Source of the DNA: Myxococcota bacterium | GTDB lineage: Bacteria; Myxococcota_A; UBA796; GCA-2862545 | Assembly: GCA_039208735.1 (NCBI GenBank) | Contig: JBCCQY010000044.1 | Coordinates: forward strand, 1-63,356 | DNA: 63,356 nt | Direction of reading: 5' to 3' | In this document: piece by piece, positions 10,001-17,733 of the stretch | Layout: the number at the start of each line of letters is the position of its first letter | Numbering within the stretch: position 1 is the first letter of the stretch | Made by a program: the position numbers and the translations under genes | Notes under the pieces: generated by a model | Told to the model about the DNA's origin: nothing | What the model saw: only the letters and a program-made list of their open reading frames with translations | The model's database searches: none

Positions 10001-10485
10001 ATCTGGGCCGCCACGCCGAGGCGGGCAGCGCACTCAATGACGCCCAAGACGCGGACGAGGGCCTGGTCGATGATCCCGTGGGACAGCGGCTTGCGCTCAC
10101 GGCCCGCATCACCGCTCAGACCGAGCGCCACACCGACCGACGACGGGCCGCCGCATTGGCCGAGCAAGCCATCGAACGGCCTCCTCCTCAGGTCGCGATT
10201 CGGGCCGCCCAAATCCGCCTCGATGCGGCGCGCGCGTTCATTGATGCCGGCGAAGCACCGCGGGCGAAAGCCAGCGTCAAGCGTGGGTTGAAGGTCATTC
10301 AAGGCCTGGCCGCACGTGGCCTCAAGCTCGACCTGATGCTCACGCTCCACGCCGCTCAACCGGACGAACGGGTCGCCGAAGCCGTCGTGAAGGTGGCGAA
10401 TCGCATTCTTGAGACGCTGCCCAACCACGTCCACGACTCGTTTCGGGCTCGGCCAGGGCTCTCTGCGTTGCTTCAGGCGCGCTGA
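7090..10485 (+). CDS. Membrane-anchored ferredoxin + FAD/NAD(P)H oxidoreductase (TrxB/YpdA-like) fused to a Pro/Thr-rich linker and a TPR-like C-terminal domain
   Basis: N-terminal TM; CMGSGACVTACP and CVGHGACVTACP; ETNVPGLYVAGE; IIGAGPAG; VVGGGDSAVE..SYRG; Ala/Leu-rich helical repeats at the C-terminus. Confidence 0.85.
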   Translation: MDLINLPGLICVGTIIVVFVIPSWIWIEYTERQNMREHEAAKAAGRHQPVTIQPYVNLGVCMGSGACVTACPELVLKVIDGQAIAVNMAACVGHGACVTACPVSAIELVFGSEQRGIAIPQVNSEFETNVPGLYVAGELGGMGLIANAADQGVRAMQYAHKGLKKRQGSYDIAIIGAGPAGIAAALSAKERGLNYVLLEQGEVGGAVLHFPRKKLVFTRPLELPLYGTVDIPSMVKEQLVDLFRDVVTKTGLEVATQERVDAVDQRPDGGFSIQTSKRKVDAQRVILALGRRGTPRTLRVPGEEREKVAYSLLEPEHYTFDHLLVVGGGDSAVEAACTLAEQDGNQVSLSYRGNKINRPKPKNIERLRDAVAQGSVQLILESNVKEIGEDRVVLAQQGEQIVVPNDYVFVFAGGILPTDFLTKAGVRIRKHFGKRIEDVEEEPRVDAGAETDVAAQPVLPDTPLAPPAGVRASPGGEETIALPPIAGAAGETTRRLPLDVLEALLGEEATDDPATVLLPNGEDLVATPLAAPPSPARSEQTIRLSVPDELKADELPTRILKGQDVSELVAKALGEATPGPEQTRPIDPSRLDPALRSADTPVSTKLGTSRPAPESDLPPGEHTRRIPTFPGANENTDGNTQPGRVAAPPSPPPPARSSPPRGGIAEIAFGKLPAGAVPTEPLTFEEQVIQIERTLGLAGFAQVLSEVKELEAVTGEMPPAPRLNARHRLALLAGQAYFGLHEYPQAAQAFERAATYAEQQHRDAPPSPALGWLGRSLLGAQDYDRAEAVLDSALPETPDRIDVLCALHEVALRRGNRERAVQLGRKALSEATKRGDRESEATARQAIAEGLVVEGNLKGALEQLAMADERIVTIGAPALRARILARSVEIDLAIGRLGQALYRLEVLLEVVTQHPLVTRQPRAVVLLAETMRAVGLTEDAGSAALQAISLAKAEGRTADPFRVRAARVLCDLGRHAEAGSALNDAQDADEGLVDDPVGQRLALTARITAQTERHTDRRRAAALAEQAIERPPPQVAIRAAQIRLDAARAFIDAGEAPRAKASVKRGLKVIQGLAARGLKLDLMLTLHAAQPDERVAEAVVKVANRILETLPNHVHDSFRARPGLSALLQAR

Positions 10486-11447
10486 CGCTTCTTCTCGCGA
10501 CTCAGAATCGTGGTGCCCTCCACCGAGAACGGGCATCGCGGTTCTCCGCCCTTCGCGGGCCCGAGCGCGTGTGGCGGTAGTTTTGGCCAGGGAAGCGCCC
10601 CCTGTGTCGCAATGACCCGCTCCTGCGCCTTGAAGTACGCCGACCGATTCGAGGATGCGAAGCCAAACGACCGGCTCTTGAAGTCGTCGTTGGCAAGCCG
10701 TGCCGCAAGCGTCTTCAAGAGCTTGAACTGGTCCTGCTTGGCGCCGGTCAGTGAGGAGGACTCCCACGTGACAGCCACCTGCGGTTGGGAACCAAGAAAC
10801 ATCGCAATCGCGGTCGCACGGTCGAGCGACGGTTGTTCGGCGAGGAACTGCCAGGGGCTGTAGCCCAGTCGGTCGGGCTTGAGCTTTGGACCGATGCCGT
10901 GCCATACGGCAGCTCCCTGAGTGCCCAGCCATTGCACGATGTCGGCCGGACCGTCCGCAACTACCGGAGAGCCTTCGTTTGCCGATGTCGAGGCCGGACC
11001 GTCCTCTTTACGACGCGCTTCATGCGCACGTTCCCGCTTGATCTTGCTTCGGATCTTGGACCAGTTGGCGCGTACATCGGCCGGCAGCGACGCCACCACC
11101 CTAGCGGCCTCGGCGTCCGTGCCAAACGCAAGCGTATAACAGACCCAAAGGTTGTGCATGGCCACATCGGAGAGTTGGTCGATCTTTCCGGGGCCCAGGC
11201 CTTCACGGCGAAGTTCCTGGGTCACCGAGTTCATGACCACCCGCTCGGCCTCCGATGCGCGCGCCTCTCCTCGCATCGCCAAGACCTTCAATTCCCGAAG
11301 GAGACGATTGCGCTCATCTGGTGAAAGCGTACGGGGGGCTTGGCTTGGTGGCGGAGGCTCACGCGCCGTAGAACGGGAAGCCCACCAGCCGATTGGCAAG
11401 GTCAGCAACAGCGCAAGGCTAATGACGATGGCGGTCTCGAGCGACAC
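10473..11447 (-). CDS. Membrane-anchored protein with a C-terminal DUF4274-like domain
   Basis: GTG start with AAGGAG RBS; N-terminal TM; WL..Q...WH...W.FL.EQPSLDRATAIAMF pattern. Confidence 0.55.
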   Translation of the reverse strand: MSLETAIVISLALLLTLPIGWWASRSTAREPPPPSQAPRTLSPDERNRLLRELKVLAMRGEARASEAERVVMNSVTQELRREGLGPGKIDQLSDVAMHNLWVCYTLAFGTDAEAARVVASLPADVRANWSKIRSKIKRERAHEARRKEDGPASTSANEGSPVVADGPADIVQWLGTQGAAVWHGIGPKLKPDRLGYSPWQFLAEQPSLDRATAIAMFLGSQPQVAVTWESSSLTGAKQDQFKLLKTLAARLANDDFKSRSFGFASSNRSAYFKAQERVIATQGALPWPKLPPHALGPAKGGEPRCPFSVEGTTILSREKKRQRA

Positions 11448-11560
11448 AGACGCGCTCCTTTTCGTCGAGTGGCCTCCTCCTCGGAACCTTGCCGGGGACG
11501 CTGAAGCCCGCAATCGGCCGCTCGTGCGACTGTTACGGTTGGCCCTTGGCTAAGTGTGGG

Positions 11561-12250
11561 TCAGCTTTGGCCAGCGCCCCGGAGTTCGGCGACCAGGCCT
11601 GACAGGTCCACATCGTGGGCGGACGAAAGTTCGTCCCGCAACGTGCTGTCCCGCGTCAACACGTGCAGGACATCGGGCGACTGCCCAAGGGTGGCCAACG
11701 CCACCCGCGCATCGGCAATGGTCAGGGGGCCGTCCGAAAGGCCGCGCATCAGCCGTACCAAAGACCCGAGTTCGTCACGAAGCCGATCCTCACGGGACGG
11801 CGCATCTTCTTGGTTCGTGGCTTGGTTGAACCGGGCCGTCATCCGCTCCGCGAGTTCCGCAAGCCGTTCCCAGATTGTCTGCGTCCAGGTGCGCACCACA
11901 GCATCGCCCACGCACAGCGATCCCACGATTCTCCCGCGGACGTAAACCGGATGCGCAAGGTAGGCGCGAAGGCCCAGTTCGCCCGCCAGCTCTTGTGGCA
12001 CATCGGAGACCCTGACGTCCTCCACAAACCAGGGTCGTGCATCTCGCACCACAAACTGGCACAACGCGTCGCAAGCCGCGGTGGCACGGGAAGATTCAAG
12101 CGTTGGAGGCAGTCCCCGTGCAGCCCGAAAGAACTGCGTGAGGTCGAGCACCACCGAGGCAAACGCCATCGGGGACAGGGCCATCTCGCGTGCCTCTTCG
12201 ACGAGGACCTCGAGCCCCGGATCGGCATTCTCGACGTTTGGCTGAAGCAT
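11561..12250 (-). CDS. GAF domain protein
   Basis: LCQFVV..ARPWFVEDVR, LGLRAYLAHPV..RGRIVGSLCVGD..VRTWT. Confidence 0.8.
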   Translation of the reverse strand: MLQPNVENADPGLEVLVEEAREMALSPMAFASVVLDLTQFFRAARGLPPTLESSRATAACDALCQFVVRDARPWFVEDVRVSDVPQELAGELGLRAYLAHPVYVRGRIVGSLCVGDAVVRTWTQTIWERLAELAERMTARFNQATNQEDAPSREDRLRDELGSLVRLMRGLSDGPLTIADARVALATLGQSPDVLHVLTRDSTLRDELSSAHDVDLSGLVAELRGAGQS

Positions 12251-12315
12251 CGGTCACTCCCGATGCTACTTCGGCACGGCAGCGATGCCTCTGGAGCCCT
12301 CACACAAGCTCGTAC

Positions 12316-13722
12316 CTAAGGATTCGCCGCGACGGTCGGCTCGTCCTTGGTCCGCTTCTTGGTCACAGAAGGGGCCTTGGGTCGACGCGACCGATTCGGC
12401 CGGAGATACTTGCTCATGCGGAAGAACACGCCCAATTCTCCGTCGCTCACGTCGACGTCAGGCTCGGAAAGGTAGCTCACCCCGCCGAGCAGGAGCAGAT
12501 CTGGCCCGGGCGCTACGAAATCGATGAACAAGTCGGTGTAGACCCCAAACCCGTAGTCGCCAGGCACCGTGAGGCCTCGAAACGACAGGTCGACCGACAT
12601 GAGGTCGCTCAACGCCCATGCTCCTAGCACTCCAACATCGAATTGGGTGCGTTCATCGACCTGAAGCCAATTGCCGGTCAGCAAGATGTCGGCGCGACCG
12701 CCGATGCGCACGGCTCCCACCGTGGGCTGTAGCCGAGCGAAGCGGTTGGCTACGTCAGGGTTCTGCCGATATCGTCCTCGAACCTCGAAGTATGGCGAGG
12801 TTTCGACGCCCGGCTTGACGGCGCGGAACGTGGCCCCGAACAACTGGTTGATCGTCGGGTCAACCTGCTCGTTGTTCACTCCGAGTACCTGACCAAGTTG
12901 CTGGAGGCGCTGGGCAAACCGTCGTTGCTCGGGATCCGCATCTGCCGACGACACGTAGCGGTACGACGAAAACGCATTGTAGAGCAGCTCGAAGCGGGTG
13001 GCGCGGGTTGGGGAAATCACCGTGAAGAATTGGGCGTCGGCAAGCGCAGGGCCGCCGTTGTCTTCATCCGCCGTCGCGAGATTGACGTCGATGCGGCCCG
13101 AGACTTCCACGACGCGGTTCATGGACCATCGCCCCATGCCCAGCACCCCGGCTCGGTCGAGCGTGCCGTCAAAGGAACTGACTTCCCCCACGACGGACGC
13201 CTGCGCTCGCGATCCCGTCCACGCCACGATGGGACCCGCCCCCGGACGAAGTCGGAAGTCGGTATCGAACACGCTTGGCGCCAAACCGCCCCAAAACCCA
13301 ATATCGACCGTAGGTGACGTCCGAATGAGGGCCTGGATCCCGTCGACGAGGCGAGGACCACCACGGTAGACCGGGTGCCGACCGACATCGACGGTGACGG
13401 TTCGACCGTGGATTTCCAACCCAAGCTGGCGGACGTTGTGCACCTCGATCGGTTGGGCTTCACCCTGCAATCCCGGCTGTGGATCATAGGTGAAGCGCGC
13501 ATCGGCCAATGCGCGAGTGCTTACCCCGTTGCTATCGCCCAGCGTCCAACGTAGGCGCTGGCCAAGCAGAAAGTCGACATCCGCCCCCGGCGCCCCGTTC
13601 GCCCGGCCGACCGACGATGTGGTGAACCCCTGAAATCCGAGGCTCGTGATCGACAGGTCCGACGCCGGCACGGTTTGCGCCGACGCATCAATGAGCGAAA
13701 CGAGGAAGAGGGAAAACGTCAT
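12316..13722 (-). CDS. Putative outer-membrane beta-barrel (porin partner of the multiheme cytochromes)
   Basis: Signal peptide (..DASA-Q); many alternating hydrophobic/aromatic beta-strand segments; stop/start overlap with the 8-heme gene. Confidence 0.6.
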   Translation of the reverse strand: MTFSLFLVSLIDASAQTVPASDLSITSLGFQGFTTSSVGRANGAPGADVDFLLGQRLRWTLGDSNGVSTRALADARFTYDPQPGLQGEAQPIEVHNVRQLGLEIHGRTVTVDVGRHPVYRGGPRLVDGIQALIRTSPTVDIGFWGGLAPSVFDTDFRLRPGAGPIVAWTGSRAQASVVGEVSSFDGTLDRAGVLGMGRWSMNRVVEVSGRIDVNLATADEDNGGPALADAQFFTVISPTRATRFELLYNAFSSYRYVSSADADPEQRRFAQRLQQLGQVLGVNNEQVDPTINQLFGATFRAVKPGVETSPYFEVRGRYRQNPDVANRFARLQPTVGAVRIGGRADILLTGNWLQVDERTQFDVGVLGAWALSDLMSVDLSFRGLTVPGDYGFGVYTDLFIDFVAPGPDLLLLGGVSYLSEPDVDVSDGELGVFFRMSKYLRPNRSRRPKAPSVTKKRTKDEPTVAANP

Positions 13723-14408
13723 TAGGGCTCACAACCGGTGGGCTCGGCCTGGTTGTGACACGTCAGGCAGAGCGTTTCGGGGTAGTTCGCGTCGGGGTGA
13801 ACCCCTTCGTGGCACGAGTAGCAAACGAAGGTGTCGGTTCCGTCGGGGTGGCAACCTACACAACCCGTCACCCAACCTGTGGGATCCTCGATGGGCGTGC
13901 AGCCTGGCGACGCCGTGGACCCGTGGGGGATGCGTGCCGGATGAACAATATTCGGCGTCCACGCCGTGGTCTCATGACACCCGCTGCAATCCCCCCATTG
14001 TGCCATGGGCTGGGCGGGGTCAGCATAATGCTTGGGATCGAGTCGATCCTTTTCGTGGCACTGCCAACACAACTGCGTTTCCGGCAAAATCGAGTGATCG
14101 AACGCTTTTGGGTCGCCCGTTTCGATCGTGGGAATGGTGTCAACCACGGCCCAGCCTTCTTCGATGTGACAGCCGTCACACGCCTCGCCTGGGTAGTGGT
14201 CTTTGCTCGGACGGTCTTCCTCGTGGCACGCCACGCAAGTGTTCGGAAGCTGTTCAAAGCCGCTGGTGCCGTGACACTCCTCACACGCGACTGCGGAATG
14301 AAGTCCGCGGAGCGGGTACACAGGGTCCTCACCCGTGTGAGGAAGCTGCTTTGAAGTACAGGAAAGAGCCGTAACGGTACAGAGGATGCCAAGGCTTGAG
14401 CGAATCAT
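13722..14408 (-). CDS. Octaheme c-type cytochrome lipoprotein
   Basis: Lipobox (..TVTALS-C); CEECH, CVACH, CDGCH, CWQCH, CSGCH, CVGCH, CYSCH, CLTCH. Confidence 0.9.
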   Translation of the reverse strand: MIRSSLGILCTVTALSCTSKQLPHTGEDPVYPLRGLHSAVACEECHGTSGFEQLPNTCVACHEEDRPSKDHYPGEACDGCHIEEGWAVVDTIPTIETGDPKAFDHSILPETQLCWQCHEKDRLDPKHYADPAQPMAQWGDCSGCHETTAWTPNIVHPARIPHGSTASPGCTPIEDPTGWVTGCVGCHPDGTDTFVCYSCHEGVHPDANYPETLCLTCHNQAEPTGCEP

Positions 14409-14417
14409 TGGACCACC

Positions 14418-16454
14418 TCAGTGCGGATAGGAGAGAGCTGGGCGCCACTGGTAAACCCGGTGACAACCATCGCAATTCTGGAAGTTCGGACCCAGATGTT
14501 CAGGAACGGACAAGGGGGCCTCGGCTTCGTGGCAGCGGAAGCACTGGGTAGGCGTGCCCACATACGACAGCGCATGGCAGTCGTAGCAGGTGGCCAGCCG
14601 ATGTGCGCCTCGCAAGGGCCATCCGGTCTGGTGGTGACGGAAAGAGGTTCGAAGCCAGGACACGGTGTTGTGGCAGTCTGCACACGCCATGCCAAGCTGA
14701 TTGTTGTGCGGATCTTCGGCACCGTGGCACGAGCCACACACGGGCGAGGCTTCGCCTCGAGGCCTTCCTGGAGCGTGACAGCTCTCGCAGGGAAGCAGTT
14801 CATGCGCGCCCTTAAGCGCAAACCCGGTCATGCCTCCATGGTCTGCTCCGCCTAGCGAAGCGGGGAACCAAAGTTCGGACTCGTGACACTCCACGCAACT
14901 GCCCTCGTAGTGCACCTTGGGACGGTCGGTTTCGTGGCAGGACTCGCAGTCCTGCTCGAGCCCGTCGAAGTGCGTGACGTTGTCATGGCAGGTGTTGCAG
15001 GGTTGGCTGCTGTGCGCCGGCGCGAGGTCGAAGCCGGTGTTCAGCAGGTGGTCATAGACGACGTCCGAGAAGTCGGTGGTCTGATGGCACTCATCGCAAC
15101 TTTCGTTGGTAACGACTTTTTCGTGCGGGTTCGTCGGGTAGTGGCAGTCGTTGCATGACGCATGAGGGACGTCGTCCCATTTGCCCGCCGAATGGCACTT
15201 TTCGCAGGCCAGTCCCACGTGTTTTCCGGTATGCGGGAAACTCGTGGTGTCATGGTCGAAATACTGAACCTGAAACCCTTCAGCAATGTGGCAGCGCGCG
15301 CACGGCACCGGCTCGTGCCGGCCTTCGTGGACGTCCTCGTGGCACGCATCACAATCCTTGAATTTCAGTCCGACGTAGCGTGCCGACGGTCCTTCCCCGT
15401 GGCACTCCTCACATGCGACGTCCACGTGCTGACCTTCCAGAGGGAACGCAGCTCGATCGTGATCGAAGCCCTTCATCGACCAGTCGGGGACCGTCACGCT
15501 GTGGCAGACATCGCACTCCCGGGGCGCGAACTGACCGCGGTGAACGTCATCGTGGCAACCTGAACACACTTCGGGGACCACATCGGTCTTGTCGCCCGTC
15601 TTGTGACATTCCTCGCACTCCACCCCGACGTGCTCGCCCTCGATCGGGTAGCCCGTGAGGTTGTGGTCGAAATTCGGCACGTAGAACGTCTCGGCCGTGG
15701 GGTGGCAGTCCTCGCAAGGCTGCTCTCGAAATGGGGCACGGTGACTGTTGCTGTGGCAGTCGTCACACTTCTCGAACGCCACCGGGACGAACTTGAAGTC
15801 GATGTGGCATTCTTCGCAAGCTACGTTCGAATGCGCATATTCGAGCGGATAATCAGCTTGCTTCGGGCTGTTGTGGTCGAACACGCCCACCGGAAGCGGC
15901 AACGCTTGCCATCCCGTGGCGTCGTGACAGGATTCACATTCCGAAAGGAGTTCGCGGCCTTCTTTGTGACCGTGCACATCATCGCGCTCGTGGCACGAGA
16001 TGCACTCCGTCCGCTGCCCCGAGTAGTCGCCGGGCGTCTGGTGACACTGCCGGCAGTCGAGCAGGGCATGCTCCCCTTCGAGCCCCCACCCCGTCTCTTC
16101 GAGGTGCGAAAAGTCATCTGGAATGACGACGAGCTGGTTCTCGCGGCCGAGGTGGTCGGCGTGGCAGGTCCCACATTGCTTGCCCCGGTCTTTGCGGCCG
16201 TGGAATCCCGATTGCGTCTTGACCTGACGCTTCACACTGTCGTGGCAGACCATGCAGCGCGAGGGCGTGGGGCCCTGGCCTGGGGCGTGACACGAGGTGC
16301 ACCCCGTAAGGGTGTCGAGTTCTGCGTGGGGCTGTGCGAGTTCACCAGGGCTCACAAACGAGCCAATGCCCTGCGCTGCCGCCTCGACGGTGGAACAAAC
16401 GAAGACCAAGAACCAGAGAATCGCGAACCGAGGAATTACGCTGTTGAGACGCAT
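14418..16454 (-). CDS. 27-heme periplasmic cytochrome c (nine tandem triheme c7-like units, ~678 aa)
   Basis: Start moved to ATG 16454 (signal MRLNSVIPRFAILWFLVFVCSTVEAAA). 27 CXXCH counted by hand; recurring unit FDH..TG(F/W/Y)PL.G.H..V.CxxCH..CxxCH..DVH...CxxCH. Confidence 0.93.
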   Translation of the reverse strand: MRLNSVIPRFAILWFLVFVCSTVEAAAQGIGSFVSPGELAQPHAELDTLTGCTSCHAPGQGPTPSRCMVCHDSVKRQVKTQSGFHGRKDRGKQCGTCHADHLGRENQLVVIPDDFSHLEETGWGLEGEHALLDCRQCHQTPGDYSGQRTECISCHERDDVHGHKEGRELLSECESCHDATGWQALPLPVGVFDHNSPKQADYPLEYAHSNVACEECHIDFKFVPVAFEKCDDCHSNSHRAPFREQPCEDCHPTAETFYVPNFDHNLTGYPIEGEHVGVECEECHKTGDKTDVVPEVCSGCHDDVHRGQFAPRECDVCHSVTVPDWSMKGFDHDRAAFPLEGQHVDVACEECHGEGPSARYVGLKFKDCDACHEDVHEGRHEPVPCARCHIAEGFQVQYFDHDTTSFPHTGKHVGLACEKCHSAGKWDDVPHASCNDCHYPTNPHEKVVTNESCDECHQTTDFSDVVYDHLLNTGFDLAPAHSSQPCNTCHDNVTHFDGLEQDCESCHETDRPKVHYEGSCVECHESELWFPASLGGADHGGMTGFALKGAHELLPCESCHAPGRPRGEASPVCGSCHGAEDPHNNQLGMACADCHNTVSWLRTSFRHHQTGWPLRGAHRLATCYDCHALSYVGTPTQCFRCHEAEAPLSVPEHLGPNFQNCDGCHRVYQWRPALSYPH

Positions 16455-16480
16455 GATTTTCCGTGGTTTACGCTGTCCCG

Positions 16481-17419
16481 TCAGACCGGTAACGATAGCA
16501 CCAGCGCGACCGTGACCAGGGCTAACACCAAGACAAATCCGAAGAGTGACACGCCCATGACGAGCACCAACGCACCGGGGATTCGCCCCGTGGCCTCGTC
16601 TGGCTCGACGGCATTGGAATCGACGGACTCGTCCGTCGCCTGCAACCTTTGGATGACGGCATGAATGCCAGGCCGATCCTGGGGATCGGGCGCTAGCAGG
16701 CCGTCCAGCAGCTCGAGAAGGTCCATAGGCGCGTGGGGCACCCGTTGGACAATTGTTGTTCGCGATGTGGCTCCCCGCTCGCCGACAAGCAGCTCGGACA
16801 GCAGACACCCAAGGGCGTACGTGTCGCCTTTCGGCGTGAACACGCCTTCGTCGACGTACTCCGGGGGCAGATAAGGCACGTGACCGACCCGAACCCCCGT
16901 TCGGGTGACGTCGCGCCCATCGTCGATCTTGGCGAGTCCGAAGTCTCGAACCTTCACCGAGTCGCCCTCCGCGTTGCGGAGCCGAAGTACCGTTTCTGGG
17001 GCGAGTCCGCGATGGACGATCCCCTCTTGATGGGCTGCGGCCAGCGCAGAAGCGACTTGCAAGCCGATGCGACGGACCCGATCGGGGGCCAGTGGACCCT
17101 CCACCCGCAACACCTCGCGAAGCGTCGCCGCATCGAGATGCTCGCTCACGAGGAACGCTTCGGTGCCGCGCTCGCCGGAGTCGATCACCTCGACCGTGTT
17201 CGGGTGCACCACCAGAAAGCTCGTGGCGATTTCGCGACCGAGCCTCGCCAACGCGATGGCGTCGCCCCCCGTCTCGTCGTTGACGAGCCGCAGGTGAACC
17301 GGCTTGGCGTCGGATTGAAGATCGCGAGCGAGAAAGGCCCTTCCCACCGAGGAAGGTCCCAGATCTCGCTCGAGTTGATAGCGGCCGGCCACCACCGGCG
17401 CTGGTTCCGTCGTCGACAC
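16481..17419 (-). CDS. Ser/Thr kinase-fold membrane protein, probable pseudokinase
   Basis: GRYQLERDLG, HPNTVEV, DFG, YLPPE, DTYALG present; HRG instead of HRD and VHLR instead of VAIK; C-terminal TM. Start approximate. Confidence 0.85.
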   Translation of the reverse strand: MSTTEPAPVVAGRYQLERDLGPSSVGRAFLARDLQSDAKPVHLRLVNDETGGDAIALARLGREIATSFLVVHPNTVEVIDSGERGTEAFLVSEHLDAATLREVLRVEGPLAPDRVRRIGLQVASALAAAHQEGIVHRGLAPETVLRLRNAEGDSVKVRDFGLAKIDDGRDVTRTGVRVGHVPYLPPEYVDEGVFTPKGDTYALGCLLSELLVGERGATSRTTIVQRVPHAPMDLLELLDGLLAPDPQDRPGIHAVIQRLQATDESVDSNAVEPDEATGRIPGALVLVMGVSLFGFVLVLALVTVALVLSLPV

Positions 17420-17512
17420 CGATCCCGTTACCCTGCCGCACGATGACGAAACCTGATTGCGAGTCCGCAAAGGGTGAATGGAGCGGCCTAGTGGCCGAAG
17501 ACCCGATCGAGC

Positions 17513-17528
17513 TGCAATTCTTATGCCA
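17513..17528 (-). promoter_or_regulatory. sigma54 (-24/-12) promoter of the pseudokinase-cytochrome-porin operon
   Basis: Minus strand TGGCATAAGAATTGCA, near-perfect match to TGGCACG-N4-TTGCA, ~95 bp upstream of the first gene. Confidence 0.75.
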
Positions 17529-17576
17529 CAAACTGCCACGCTCGCTCCCCGGCTCCCAGGTCTTCTCAGCGAGATC

Positions 17577-17695
17577 GCGACAAAAAAACCGCGGCAGGGG
17601 CGCCCCAGGCACCCGTTTCGGAGACCCGTTCTCTACCGGCCGCTTCGGTGCTCCTCAACAACATTCGAGGAGGTCTTGTGTCGTATTTATCGACA
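17577..17695. promoter_or_regulatory. Candidate upstream activator sites
   Basis: CGCGG-TTTTTT-TGTCGC (minus, 17577-17593) and palindrome TGTCG-N7-CGACA (17679-17695). Confidence 0.4.
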
Positions 17696-17733
17696 GGCAG
17701 TGGGTTCGTGGACCGACATCGAATGTCGGTGGC

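Noticed and set aside
16455..17612. N-terminal 386 aa of the 1064-aa ORF in the track
   Set aside because: Arg/Gly-rich alternative-frame read-through over the pseudokinase; the real cytochrome starts at its signal peptide (16454)
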